This document shows, one piece after another, positions 50,771-64,000 of a DNA stretch of 64,000 nucleotides. The stretch's first letter is position 1. Each line of letters opens with the position of its first letter. Location of the stretch: assembly GCF_006345805.1 (NCBI RefSeq), contig NC_043012.1, positions 13,392,001-13,456,000 on the forward strand, written 5' to 3'. The notes beneath the pieces were generated by a model. The model worked only from the letters and a program-made list of their open reading frames with translations. It made no database searches and had not been told where the DNA came from. Made by a program: the position numbers and the translations under genes. This DNA comes from Octopus sinensis. Lineage: Eukaryota.

Positions 50771-51235
50771 AAAAAAGCAATAAAGATTCAAGTTAATTTA
50801 AATGAATTTACTTGAATATGGTACCTAACTTAGATGCACCAAAACAAACTATACGGTTTTAACAATACAGTAATGTGGGGTGATTATAAGCGAGAAAGAA
50901 GCAACAAGAATGGATAGGTTTTTAGTACAATCGTTTCATACAAGGACAGGCTTTATTAAAAGTTGCAAAAATTTCAGGATATAAACGTGTCCCGTACTCA
51001 TCAGCTAAAATACATGTGAGTTCTCTAGACATCCTAGTGGTTGAGGCTATACTCATGAAGTAATGTAGATAATTAAGTAACATAAACATATTTCCAAAGT
51101 TCATTAAAGTTCTTTAAAGATGATGTACAGTCTTATCACAGAATTTTAAAAAAGTGTTAATAGCATCACAGAGAAGGTCACTTAATCCATAGTGTACATA
51201 TGAATTTCCAGAGATATGAGGAGGGATTACATACT

Positions 51236-51294
<59 letters not shown>

Positions 51295-51805
51295 TGTGTG
51301 TGTGTGTATATATATATATATATGTGTATATATATATATATAAAAAAGCAATAAAGATTCAAGTTAATTTAAATGAATTTACTTGAATATGGTACCTAAC
51401 TTAGATGCACCAAAACAAACTATACGGTTTTAACAATACAGTAATGTGGGGTGATTATAAGCGAGAAAGAAGCAACAAGAATGGATAGGTTTTTAGTACA
51501 ATCGTTTCATACAAGGACAGGCTTTATTAAAAGTTGCAAAAATTTCAGCATATAAACGTGTCCCGTACTCATCAGCTAAAATACATGTGAGTTCTCTAGA
51601 CATCCTAGTGGTTGAGGCTATACTCATGAAGTAATGTAGATAATTAAGTAACATAAACATATTTCCAAAGTTCATTAAAGTTCTTTAAAGATGATGTACA
51701 GTCTTATCACAGAATTTTAAAAAAGTGTTAATAGCATCACAGAGAAGGTCACTTAATCCATAGTGTACATATGAATTTCCAGAGATATGAGGAGGATTAC
51801 ATACT

Positions 51806-51812
<7 letters not shown>
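50771..51812. repeat. Tandem duplication with a 571-bp period
   Basis: 50771-51241 and 51342-51812 differ at only two positions I could find (G/C at about 50978/51549 and a 1-bp indel); junctions lie in (TA)n/(TG)n. Confidence 0.95.
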
Positions 51813-51903
<91 letters not shown>

Positions 51904-51941
51904 CATATATACATGTATACTTTGATTCTTTTACATGTTCC

Positions 51942-52232
51942 AGTCATTTCACGGCGGCCAAAACTTAAAGGAAAATCGACCTCAGGACTTATTCTTTGTA
52001 AGCCTAGTATTTATTCTATCCCCCTCTCTTGGTGAACTGCTATATTATGGGGACATAAACACACCAACATCTGGGACGGTCTTCTTTCAATCACCGTCTA
52101 CGAAATCCGCTGAAAAGTCTTTGGTCGGCCCGTAGTTATAGTAGAAGACACATTCCCAAAATAAAACGCAATGGAACTGAACCCGGAACTATGTGGTTGG
52201 GAAGGAAGCTTGTAAGAACACAGGCACGCCTG
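51942..52232 (-). mobile_element. tRNA-derived SINE, family A, decayed
   Basis: Head at 52078-52232 and tail module at 51942-52075 on the minus strand. Confidence 0.7.
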
Positions 52233-52372
52233 CGTCTATACACACACACACGCGCGCATACACATACATATATACACACACACACACACACACATACGTC
52301 TGTTACTCATAAATACAAGCTCATATCTTTCTGTACGGATATACGTATAGATGACTGCATGTGTGTGTGTTT

Positions 52373-52417
<45 letters not shown>

Positions 52418-53283
52418 TGTGTTCCTATGTTTGTTTAGGTATACCAATGAATATATTAAATATATATTATTTCGCAGATGTAGGTAATCAGAATTGATAG
52501 GTTTTCCAGCCTAATGTATAAACAGATATTATTCTAATTACTTACACATATATCAATCAAACTGTCCTTGTATTACCTTGGATTTGAGTTCCTTTTACTT
52601 TTATTACTTAGTCTCACACCTTTTTCAGACAAATATATTTATATTAGCGAACGCTAATGCATACGGAGGTGAGTTATTTACAACAGTATATCGTTGTTGT
52701 TACACATGCTTTGCTTTGCTTTCCTTCCACTCATCTTTGTTTTTAAAATATTAGATGTATTTGCCAGAGTCCATTTTACAAGCTTGAAGTGGTGATCAAT
52801 AATTAACATAAATGCGATGCTTTAAAAGCTGCAAACTGATAGCAAATAACCGATCGTGTGTGTTTTGTCTGTAGATGAATATCGATTGGTTTATCAAAAT
52901 AGCAAATTAGCGGGAGAAATCACGCCATTAGTGCTTCGCGTTTTCTGGTACATGGTTCGAACTTTAGCGTGAGCAATCCCTGCAACAGCCTGAGCGTTTT
53001 ATCCAAGTTACAAAATATTTGAAAGTTCGAGGCCGATGCAAATACAGAAGAGATCGATCGGGTTAAAAAACTTGTTAAAAAACTCCAATTTCAAAGCACT
53101 ATTTCTCTTCTACCTTTTAGTACCGCCCTCACAGTGGCCTATATTACATGGAAAGGTTCTCGCTCTTGATCACTCCATATATAGATGCGTGTGTGTGTGT
53201 GTATTTGTGTGTGAGTGTGTGTCTGTTTGTGTGTGCGTGATGTGTGTGTGTATATATATATACGTATATATATATATATATCT

Positions 53284-53348
<65 letters not shown>

Positions 53349-53897
53349 TATATATATAAGTTCGGTGTGTGGTAAAGTAAATTATTTTACTGAACCCTAA
53401 TTATATAACGTAATGTTTTAAATATACCGTAAATGGTCTTTTTACATACTGAACAATACTTGGTAAAATTAATTAATAATTAATTAATTTTACCCTTTTA
53501 TTATTGATCATATATATATATATATTATATATATATATATATAATATATATATATATATAAATGAATATGTGTATACATATATTCGAGACCCCCATCGGT
53601 CATGAATGACCATGGGATTTAAGTGGGGTTAAATATTAACTTTTGGTATTATTACTACTCTCTGTCGCTAATAAATGATTCTTACAAAAACTCACGGGCT
53701 AATCGCGACACCGGCCCCTGTTTTGGTACTGTTTTTTTATTGATTTGACTAGAAAGTAATTTCGTTTTCTGCCAACAGATAGCTTTCAATATTGTGACTT
53801 TTTCGTTTGACATTTGATAGCCGTTACGTTTAGCTTACTTTAGAAGCAACTTGCGCGAAATTTTGCTTACACTTGTTAGTTTAGTGTCAGTTTTAAC

Positions 53898-54320
53898 ATG
53901 GAGTGCAAAAGAGAACATCTTCGCTATATTTTGGTATTTTATTTCTATAAAGGTAAGTAAGCTGCCGAGGCTCACAAAGAGATATGTGGAGTTTATGGTG
54001 TTGACTCTTTAACAGAACGCACATATCAGAAACGATTTAAATAATTCCGTTCAGGAGATTTTTCACTGAAAGCTGAACAACGTTCTGGTCGATCTACTGA
54101 AGCCGATGATGACCGAATCAAAGGCGTAATTGAATCTGATTGTCATATAACTGAGCGAGAGATTGCATGTACAAAACACAACAATTGAAAATACTCAAAA
54201 TGTCTTGGACTCGTTAAGAAGCTTAATATTTCGGTTCCACATAAATTGAAAGAGATTTCATTCACAAAACGAATCAAATATTTGCGATATGCATCTCATT
54301 ATGCAATGAAACACAACATT
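53898..54320 (+). mobile_element. Mariner transposase N-terminal remnant
   Basis: MECKREHLRYILVFYFYKGK*AAEAHKEICGVYG...FRSGDFSLKAEQRSGRSTEADDD...VPHKLKE. Confidence 0.8.
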
Positions 54321-54398
54321 CAACAATACGATTGGTGTACACACACACACACACACACATACACACATACACACAGACGCATACACACACACACATAC

Positions 54399-54474
<76 letters not shown>

Positions 54475-54536
54475 CTATATATATATAATTAAGTATCTAA
54501 ATGTTCCCCTATATAGAACTGCAATAAAAATATATA

Positions 54537-55446
54537 CGAGGGGCGTTCAATAAGTAATGCCCCTCACCCACTTCCCATAGCAGTAGAGCAACGACACTTG
54601 GCGCAGTTATTAGTCTTTTTCTACATAGGAACTACTCAGAGTTATGCATTTCTCCCATCGTTTGATACAGCTCTGGAGACCGTTTTTGTAGAAGGCCCTA
54701 GCTTGGTCCTCCACCACGACGTGACTTCAGAAATCTAGGCTGCATCATCTGGGAAACGCTTTCCTTTCAAAATCAACTTCATGGCTGGGAAGAGGTGAAA
54801 ATCAGAGGGTGCAAAGGGAGGAGTTCATAGCTGCACGCCTGTGCTTTGACTCATCTTCTTGGCACATCTCCAAATTCATCCTCGAGCACTCAACGTGTTC
54901 TTGCTTCTGGAAAGGTGTGAGCAACCTGGAAATCCCTCTGGCAGACACCTTTTGCATATGCAAATGGTCATGAATGATAGTTTCCACAGACCCGGTACTA
55001 ATCTTGACCTTATGGGCTATTTGGCGAATAGTTATACGTTGACCTTCCAAAATGGCAGCTTCAACTTGACGGACAGACGTCTCATCAACGGCAGAAGGGG
55101 GCGACCAGATCTGGGAGCTGTTTCCACAGAGTTCCGACTATGTTTGAATTCACAATGCCAGCGTTTTACAAGGTCATATGATGGGGCATCATCACCATAA
55201 GTTGCTTTCATTTCATCAAAAGTCTCCCGTGGTGTGCGTCCTTTCAAATAAAAAAAACAGATCACTGCTCGACACTCAACAGGCTCCATTTCACACTTGA
55301 CTCAGTTCAAACACCTGTAAATCAGAAACCACAATTAGTTCAGAGCTGTAATTCGCCACTTAATCTATAGAGGTATAAATAAGTGCACACAGCTAGATCA
55401 AACAACTGCAAGTGGGTCGGAGGCATTATTTATTGAACGCCCCTCG
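54537..55446 (-). mobile_element. Internally deleted mariner with intact TIRs (910 bp)
   Basis: TIRs CGAGGGGCGTTCAATAA(G/A)TAATGCC and TA duplication on both sides. Encodes MEPVECRAVICFFYLKG...RSGRP and ITIRQIA...KVSAR fused to the C-terminal SDFHLFPAMK; the DDD core is missing. Confidence 0.9.
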
Positions 55447-55454
55447 TATAAACA

Positions 55455-55662
55455 GAAACGTTAGCACGCTGGGCGAAATGCGTAGCTGTATTTCGTCTGC
55501 CGTTACGTTCTGAGTTCAAATTCCGCCGAGGTCGACTTTGCCTTTCATCCTTTCGGGGTCGATAAATTAAGTACCAGTTACGCACTGGGGTCGACGTAAT
55601 CCGTTTATCAGTCCTTGTTTGTCCCCTCTGTGTTTAGCCTCTTGTGGGTAGTACAGAAATAT
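55455..55662 (+). mobile_element. tRNA-derived SINE, family B
   Basis: CGTTAGCACGCTGGGCGAAATG...TTCTGAGTTCAAATTCCGCCGAGGTCGACTTTGCCTTTCATCCTTTCGGGGTCGATAAATTAAGTACC. Confidence 0.8.
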
Positions 55663-55859
55663 ATATATAAACAATTACATATGGTATTCAACTGATGTGA
55701 ATTGGATGTTTAGCCCACCAATTTGAAGGATCTCTTTCCCTCATTTTGTTAGGTTATATATACAATGTCTCTCTCACCTACCACCCGTCTTTCTTCCCAC
55801 TAAGCAACAAATTCACCCACAACTTTCGCTTTCTTCTTTCTGACATTCGCCCCTATGTT

Positions 55860-56645
55860 TTCAACACGATCCCATCTGCCTTTTAAAAAAGGTAGGAGTC
55901 TTAGAAATCTCTTTGTTAGAATCTTTGCAGCTCCCAGCTCTGCACAACCAGGTATCTTTAGATGCTCAGACAATATCGTAACACATGCCTCTAGATCAAC
56001 AATATTACGACCATCGTGTGACCCAAGAAGCAATGTCACATAACACACCATGCACTTCGGTGAGTCTCATATATTACATCAAATGTAAACACTCCAGTGT
56101 TCTTTACATTGGCGAAACAGGGCGACGCGCTGGAGATCGCTTTCGCGACTACATCAGAAGCATAATGTTACGTATGCCAGGCCAACCTGTCGTCACCCAC
56201 TGCCACACTCTGAATCATTCGATTTATCAGTAGATTTATCAGTGTGTGGCATGGCCTCTCACCACGGCCACGGAAACACCAGTAGCAATGTATCATATTT
56301 GATTTTGGCACTATGTCCCCAACAGGTATGAATGAACGTTTATCCGTTTCATCCTTTCACCTCTTCTTAATTCTTTTTTTACATTTCTTAATCCTCCCTC
56401 CATCCTCTCTCTTCAGCTTTCCCGTAATTACTTACCTCTACTCTTTCCATTACCCTTTTCCTTCTCCTTTCTGCTCGCCCCCTCCTATAACTTCTGTTTC
56501 ACTTTAGCTGCCCCTGTTATTCTGCGTCCATTATCAGTTGCAGCCAGTTTTTTAAGCTAGAAGGATGTAAACTCTGTTTGGATTGTTGCTTGTTCTTCTC
56601 TTTTTCTCTGCCCCATGAGGAAGCATTGAATACGAAACGTTGGAT
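55860..56645 (+). mobile_element. Penelope-like element 3' fragment: GIY-YIG endonuclease plus tail
   Basis: CTSVSLIYYIKCKHSSVLYIGETGRRAGDRFRDYIRSI...PVVTHCHTLNHS preceded by PGIFRC; tail ends TGAGGAAGC...CGAAACGTT. Confidence 0.85.
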
Positions 56646-56689
56646 TTTCCACTCCTCACGGCGAGTTCATTGTACCACTTTCACAGTTT

Positions 56690-56772
<83 letters not shown>

Positions 56773-57408
56773 GTCTCTCTGTCTATTTATATGTCTCTCT
56801 ATTTGCATGTCTATCTATCTAGCTAGCAAACTATTATATTTTATAAAACGAACTTCTAATTACATAACCTTGGTCGTTCTTTCAAATATCTACTTTCTTG
56901 ACTCACTAAAAGGGTGTGTATTCCTTATCATTATAAGCCAGAAAAAGAAATTTCAACTACTTAACCGTTTTAAATATTTGCACTGATGTCCCCAACTGCT
57001 AATATTTACAGAAATCGGAATTTAATTACTCAAAATCATAAGCTGTACTTTTATTGACGTCTAAATTACTTTGTTGCATCTAATTGGCCACCGAACCACT
57101 TACTGAGTTGTTCTCTATCTAATTGGCCACCGAACCAATTATCGTGTTGTTCTGTGGCGGTTCTGATTTTTGTGATTCATTTTCTTTCTCTATCTCACTC
57201 TCTATCTCTTTCTTTTAACCACTTTCTCTCTCTCCTTATTAATCAATGTATCCATTTATATATCTATGTACATATCGATATGTGTGTGTATGTGTGTGTG
57301 TGGACGTGTGTGGCGTATATACGTGTGTTTGTGTATATATATATATATTATATATATATATATATAATATATGCAGGCGTGTCTGTGCAGACAGAGATAT
57401 GTAAATCC

Positions 57409-57456
<48 letters not shown>

Positions 57457-57887
57457 CTATATACATACATATATATGTACACGCGCGCTCATACACACAC
57501 ATCACACACACGCACGCAGGCACACACATACACATCTACACACACACATATAGATTTATTACACTTTTCACGTAGTTTTGTCATGGACATATATTTAATG
57601 CCGTTATTTTAAAACCTACAGATGAACACATTATTTTCCAACACTGTAAAAGCAACAAACAGCAGACCAAATTGCGAAAGAAAAGAAACAAGACAGGTAA
57701 AGAGATACAATTGATTTATACAGGTGCCTATAAACAGTTAAATAAATGTTATTCAAATTATTGAAAAACGATTTTAATTTTTCTCATTTTATGATGTTTG
57801 ACTGTTTTGTTGTTTTTTTTGTCTAGTCATCGATGTCACTTTTATTATTGTTGTTGTTTTATTTTTTATGCGTTGTATGGTATAGAC

Positions 57888-58651
57888 CAGCAGTTCCCAA
57901 GCTGCCAACCTTTACACAGTTGTTCCCAACAGTGGTTCTCGTCGCTTATATTTAAATATTTTCCCCTCAGATCACTTTTAATATGCTTATCCTTAAATAC
58001 ACACACACACACACACACACATCTATATATATATATATATAGAGAGAGAATATTATATACTGAATTTATATTGAATGCTCTATTGTATCAAAGTATTAAT
58101 ACTATTAAAGTATTTATATACTTAATACGAGCGATTATATATATATATATATATATATTAAATAATATATTATTATTAATATTAGGAAATCAATATCAGA
58201 AAACTCCTCACAAAGATATACACGTGTGAAAAATGATTGCTGTATTAAAAATATATAAATAGATAAATGTAAATTTTAAATATAAATTTTTAATTTATCT
58301 TTCAAACTAACACCATTATTACTTCAATTTTTTTAAAAATACCATTTGATATGTTATACAAAATTCAAATTTTCTATCTCTGAAGAGCAGAAGAGTTGTG
58401 TATAAATGCTTATCAATATAGGATTTCATTAGACGTTTAACACTTCTGTGAAACGATCGTAAGATACTTTAAATACTTAATTCAAAACTTTTAAACCGAA
58501 ATATACATTATATATTTATACTTATACGTTTTACATATATTTTTATACATATTTATATTTATTTATTCATATATTTTTAATACAACAATTATTTTTCACA
58601 CGTGTATATCTTTGTGAGGAGTCTTCTGATATTGATTTCCTAATATTAATA

Positions 58652-58682
<31 letters not shown>

Positions 58683-58763
58683 ATTTTGAATGTAGTTCAC
58701 GGACACACAGTACTAAATTTGCGAACCACCAGAGATCCGCGGACCCCATGTTGGGAACCACTA
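57888..58763. mobile_element. hAT (Charlie-like) non-autonomous element with an internal long inverted repeat
   Basis: TIRs CAGCAGTTCCCAA / TTGGGAACCACTA, 8-bp TSD GTATAGAC / GCATAGAC, subterminal GGTCCGCGG-type motif, and an internal IR at about 58160-58270 / 58560-58660. Confidence 0.75.
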
Positions 58764-59289
58764 GCATAGACAGAAAATCGATAAAGTGAATTTTCCCGTT
58801 TCATTTACGGTACATAATTATATTTCATTTTATAAATAAGTAAATTTGCGGTCATCATAATTGCAGGCACTGGCCTCCAGCTAGTATTTTTGATAGAGTC
58901 TCATTAAGAATCGCTCTATGTTGCATTCATAAATATCATATGATGTGTACCTTTATTTAATTTGAATTTTTCTGTATTAATTTCTGTATTTACTTTGTAA
59001 TTTATTTACCTCCATCTGTCATTTTCATATTTTATACATCTTTAGAAATAAATGTTCTGTGATATTTGAGTATTTTGTTTCCATTTTAAGTATTCCTATT
59101 AAGTTATTATTGCACTTGTTAGCTTTATAATTTCTGCTTGTATTTCCTCTACTTGTAAAAGTTTTATTTTAATCAAATTCATTGTGTATTCCCAATGTAG
59201 CAGTGTTATATACAATCCTAAATTTAGTGGAAATGTTGTTTAAAAATATCGTTCTTTATAAGATGCTGAGATAATAAAATCCTTAGTAC

Positions 59290-59450
59290 AGTAGACAGAA
59301 TCTCTTCCGAGCAGGGCTCAAATTCCTCAGAGATTGACTTTGCCTTTCATCCTTTCGGAGTCGATAAAATAAGTACGCCTTGAATACTGGGGTGGATGTA
59401 ATAAACTTAGCCTCATCCCTGTAATTGTTGGCCGGGTGTCAAAATTATTA
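59290..59450 (+). mobile_element. SINE family B fragment
   Basis: TCAAATTCC...GACTTTGCCTTTCATCCTTTCGGAGTCGATAAAATAAGTAC. Confidence 0.65.
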
Positions 59451-59589
59451 TTATTGTTTTTGTTGTTGTTTTACTTCTCAGAGAGCTCGATCTTGTTTCT
59501 TCTGGTAGATTCTGTGAGGGCGGACAGTAGCATGGTGTCGAGGTCGCACAGGGGCACTTTGCGCACATTATAAGCGTTGGTACTTGGTT

Positions 59590-59820
59590 GTAATTATCGT
59601 GGGAAACATTCAACATTCAAGTACCAATTTTAAAAACCTAGCTATCCCCAGCAGCGCAGTTATTTCGGTTTGCTCTGCTCTAATGTCAATTCCAATTTCT
59701 CTATCGTATTTCTCGAAAAAGGTTGTTAGTGCTCCAAGTTCATCTAACTTCTGGAATAACAGACACTCTCCTATTAGTCTACATTCTTGCAGTTTCGTCT
59801 TTTAATAGTCTGTAACTTTC
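59590..59820 (-). mobile_element. REL-type LINE extreme 3' coding remnant
   Basis: Minus strand reads LGALTTFFEKYDREIGIDIRAEQTEITALLGIARFLKLVLE (cf. KTALLGTARILR). Confidence 0.55.
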
Positions 59821-59856
59821 AATCTTTTCTATTATTATTATTATTATTATTTTATT

Positions 59857-60528
<672 letters not shown>

Positions 60529-60547
60529 CATTATTATTATTATCACT

Positions 60548-61250
60548 CAGTAGTTTTATTTTTATAGCGTGCTTTCACTTCACTACCGAGCGCAGCTCTC
60601 TGTGCCTTAGGTATGTGCTGTGATTTGTTGTGATGCTCTGATGGTTATTGTATGGAAAGTGTTTTACGTAGGACGTGTGCAGTGCCTAGTAGTGCAATTT
60701 TCGGTATGTTATATGTGTTTGTAAGTCCTGGTGTTTTTGTTATGTATTTGTCTGAATATTTTTTTATCATGCCTAATGCATCTACTATGATAGGAATTGT
60801 TTCTGTTTTTAGATTCCACATTCTGGTTACCTCTTTTTCCAGGTCTTTGTATTTTGAAAGTTTCTCCATTTCTTTTAGAGTCACGTTGTCATCTGCCGGT
60901 ATTGATACATCAATTAGAAAGCATTTTTTTCTTCATGATCTCTGACAACTATATCTGGTCTGTTGGCCTTAATTTCTCTATCTGTGTGTATCGGCATATC
61001 TCATAGTATGGTTGCTTTCTCGTTTTCTGTGACCTTTTCTGGTGTGTGCCTATACCATCTTTTTTCTGTTGTTATTCCATAATGTTGGCATAGCTTCCAG
61101 TGTATGTAGGTTCCAACTCTGTCATGTCTGTAAATATATTCCTTCTTAGCCAGGACTGGGCAGCCAGAGATAATATGATTTATTGTTTCTTGTCCATCTC
61201 CACATATTCTGCAGTTACTTGTTATATTTCTTTTCATTACATGTTTTTGG
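60548..61250 (-). mobile_element. R4/Dong-like LINE, 5'-truncated 3' end
   Basis: CRICGDGQETINHIISGCPVLAKKEYIYRHDRVG (CCHC) and EKLSKYKDLEKEVTRMWNLKTETIPIIVDALGMI...ALLGTAHVLRKTLS; 3' UTR runs into (TAA)n. Confidence 0.9.
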
Positions 61251-61285
61251 TAATTATTAATATTATTATTATTGTTATTATTATT

Positions 61286-61835
61286 GAGTGAGAGAGCAGT
61301 TCATGCCCTCAAAGTGACACTGGGGTAAAATATACGAAGCCCAATATACCCATCATGACTACCCGTCTGATAAGGGTACACCAGGCACATGCATCACAAC
61401 CATATGTGCACGACATGGTGATCTCATATCAAGATAAACAGCACATGACCTTGCAGGTGGGGCCCAGTTAGAAATTTCTTCAGGTTGAGTAGCCCATCCC
61501 GCTCAAAAGGTCCCTGAATAAGGGTTGTTTAAGGATGTTGAATGAACCACCCATGTTTCCAGAGGTGAATTATTCAAACCCCAAAGAATCCCTCTCAGCA
61601 CATGGCTATGATGCTCCCCAACTACTTCTGCTCGTGATTAGAGATGCACATATCGTCAGCCACTCAGGGACATGCTCAACTGGTTAAGGTCAAACAACTG
61701 ACAAGCAAATCTGTGGTATTGAGCAGAATATTTGCTGTAGCCCATCTTTTATACCAAGACAAAACAATGTACATGATAACACTTCCAATCAGTTAAGATC
61801 AGAAGCCATGAGAGCCACTGCCTGGTACTGCATCA

Positions 61836-61836
<1 letters not shown>
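61286..61836. mobile_element. 551-bp non-coding element embedded in (ATT)n, copy 2
   Basis: About 20 substitutions relative to copy 1 by eye; identical ends. Confidence 0.8.
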
Positions 61837-61893
<57 letters not shown>

Positions 61894-61903
61894 TATTATT
61901 ATT

Positions 61904-62160
61904 CAGTAGTTTTATTTTTATAGCGTGCTTTCACTTCACTACCGATCGCAGCTCTGTGTGCCTTGGGTATGTGCTGTGATTTGTTGTGATGCTCTGATGG
62001 TTATTGTATGGAAAGTGTTCTGCGTAGGATGTGTACAGTGCCTAGTAGTGCAATTTTCTGTATGTTATATGTGTTTGTAAGTCCTGGTGTTTTTGTTATG
62101 TATTTGTCTGAATATTTTTTTATCATGCCTAATGCACCTACTATGATAGGAATTGTTTCT
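61904..62160 (-). mobile_element. Shorter 3' end of the same R4/Dong-like family as 60548
   Basis: Near-identical to 60548-60805, then truncated into (TCT)n/(TAT)n. Confidence 0.85.
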
Positions 62161-62173
62161 TCTTCTTCTTCTT

Positions 62174-62246
<73 letters not shown>

Positions 62247-62260
62247 TATTATTATCATCA

Positions 62261-62312
<52 letters not shown>

Positions 62313-62319
62313 TTTTTTT

Positions 62320-63450
62320 TTCTTCTTTCAAATTTTCTTCCATTTCTTGCCGAGTGTCTTCCCGACTCCTAGGGCAAAGAAACTCATAGTGTATATTGGT
62401 AGGCCATTAAACCAAACTCAGTAGTTCGTTCATTTTTTTTAAAATTAATATACATGAGCAGCAACAGTTCTCACATCGACAATGCTCTTCTCAATACGTG
62501 TGATGTACCAGTTAAGACAATCTTTTGCACTTCTTGCAGGGATGGTAAGCCAGGGATCATTCTCATATAATTTTCGGTTCCCTTCTTGATCATTCCTAGT
62601 GCTCCTACGATCACTAGTATTGTAACCGCCTTGAGATGCCACATTTTCTCAACTTCAATGGGTAGGTCTTTATATTTTCTGAGCTTGGGATGCTCATGTC
62701 GATCAATAAGCAAACTTTATTGTTTTGGTCTTTCACAACAATATCTGGTTTATTGGCCTTGATGGTTCGGTCTGTATGTACTGGAAAGTCCCACAGAATG
62801 GTTACATTTTCTCCTTCAGTTACAGCCTCAGGGTGGTGATTATACCACTTGTCGGCAGTTTTGATATTGTAATGCCGACTTATTAGCCAGTGGAGATATT
62901 GGCCAACTCTGTCATGTCTTAATTTATACTCCACTGGTGCTAAGACTTTACATCCAGAGATTAAGTGGTCCACTGTTTCAATCATGTCGTTGCAGAATCG
63001 GCATTTTGGGTCTGCTCCATTTTTCATCACATTGGCCTGGTAGTTCTGGGTTAATAGGCTTTGGTCTTGAGCAGCCACGATGAAACCTTCGCTCTCTGCT
63101 TTTAGCCCTGAGCTCCGCACCCACTGATGGGTTTGATTCTGGTCAACATCAGCTTGTTTGCTGCGGGTCACATATTTGCCGTGCAGAGGTTTCTCCTCCC
63201 ACCTATCAGCCAATTGCTCGTGCGCTTTTTTCATTGCCATCATTTTCACCTTCTTTGCAACAATAGTTGTCGTACTTCCCTCGGGTTGTTCAGTTTGGGT
63301 ATCCTGCACGAGATCAATAGCAAATTTTTTGCTTTCCTTGATGATAGAATGAAGCTTCTTTCGTCTCTCGTGATTTTCCACGAGCTTTAGCATCCAGTCA
63401 TTCGATATTTCGAGATATTTGGCCAGTCCAATTGTGGTTGTTTTGTAAGC
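62320..63450 (-). mobile_element. R4/Dong-like LINE 3' portion (different subfamily), best-preserved copy
   Basis: WEEKPLHGKY, THQWVRSSGLKAESEGFIVAAQDQ, CRFCNDMIETVDHLISGC, LWDFPVHTDRTIKANKPDIVV..CLLIDMSIP (REL PD..D), then a frameshift to KLRKYKDL...GTSHVLRRALSM*; (TAA)n on both sides. Confidence 0.92.
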
Positions 63451-63482
63451 TAGTTTTATTATTATTATTATTATTATTATTA

Positions 63483-63517
<35 letters not shown>

Positions 63518-63545
63518 TGTATTATTATTATTATTATTATTATTA

Positions 63546-63589
<44 letters not shown>

Positions 63590-63599
63590 GCCATTACCT

Positions 63600-64000
63600 T
63601 TGCGCAGCTTCTAAAGCTGGAGATGTACTGCGGTGTCAGCTGTTCACTAACAGTGAACTAAGGTAACACCTCTTATCTTTCGAGCACCTTCGAGCACCTT
63701 ATCTTTCAGGCCATCCAAGCAGTGCTACTTTTTATGAGTACTCCACCCTTATTGCAGCCCATATATATTCCACGTACTTCTCGAGATTGTTGCCCACCGT
63801 TCTCATGGCTCCAACAATTATTGATACTACTGCTACTATATTTCATCGAACACAACTGCTTAACTTCCCAAGCTAACGTGTCGTATCTATCGACTTTTCT
63901 TTCTTCCTTATCGCATACCTTGTTGTCAGCTGGGCATGCTATATCTATGATTCAACATCGTTTGTTTTCTTTTTCAATTAAGCCTATGGCTGGCTTCCTA
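63600..64000 (-). mobile_element. Further decayed REL-type LINE 3' remnant
   Basis: Minus strand reads DTLAWEVKQLCSMK... resembling YxDLAWEVKxLW; frameshifted. Confidence 0.45.

Noticed and set aside
57078-57153. Repeated ATCTAATTGGCCACCGAACCA (21 bp, twice) as a regulatory or CRISPR-like motif
   Set aside because: Only two copies at a 39-bp period with similar spacers; a simple small tandem duplication.
62614-63594. 326-aa ORF as a host gene
   Set aside because: Poly-Ile from (ATT)n fused to a truncated, frameshifted R4/Dong ORF.

Overview
Eukaryotic, very AT- and microsatellite-rich DNA, almost certainly from an octopod cephalopod (inferred from the gene family and repeat landscape). The only intact protein-coding genes I can support are two co-oriented Cys-loop ligand-gated ion channel genes with uninterrupted coding sequences (4394-5563 and 22001-23164). 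Both lack the acetylcholine-binding aromatic box and the vicinal cysteines, which is the signature of the tandemly arrayed cephalopod chemotactile receptor (CR / atypical nAChR) family. The two paralogs differ sharply in pore and ligand-pocket residues. The rest is a dense transposon graveyard: R4/Dong-like and RTE LINE fragments, Tc1/mariner and hAT elements, Helitrons, a Ty3/Gypsy integrase remnant, a Penelope-like GIY-YIG remnant and tRNA-derived SINEs. The most unusual non-coding signals are: (i) an intact minimal type I hammerhead ribozyme at 26241-26316 inside a folded-back Penelope-like repeat, plus a second hammerhead family present only as decayed copies; (ii) a ~3 kb, 23-bp minisatellite inside a Helitron in which nearly every unit carries a TCF/LEF site next to a helper-like site; (iii) a 189-bp spacerless palindrome 1.2 kb upstream of the second receptor; (iv) a chain of elements nested in (TAA)n repeats at 59.6-64 kb. 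Almost all other ORFs in the supplied track are microsatellite artefacts. Everything was read by eye; no searches were run, and element boundaries are approximate unless termini are quoted.
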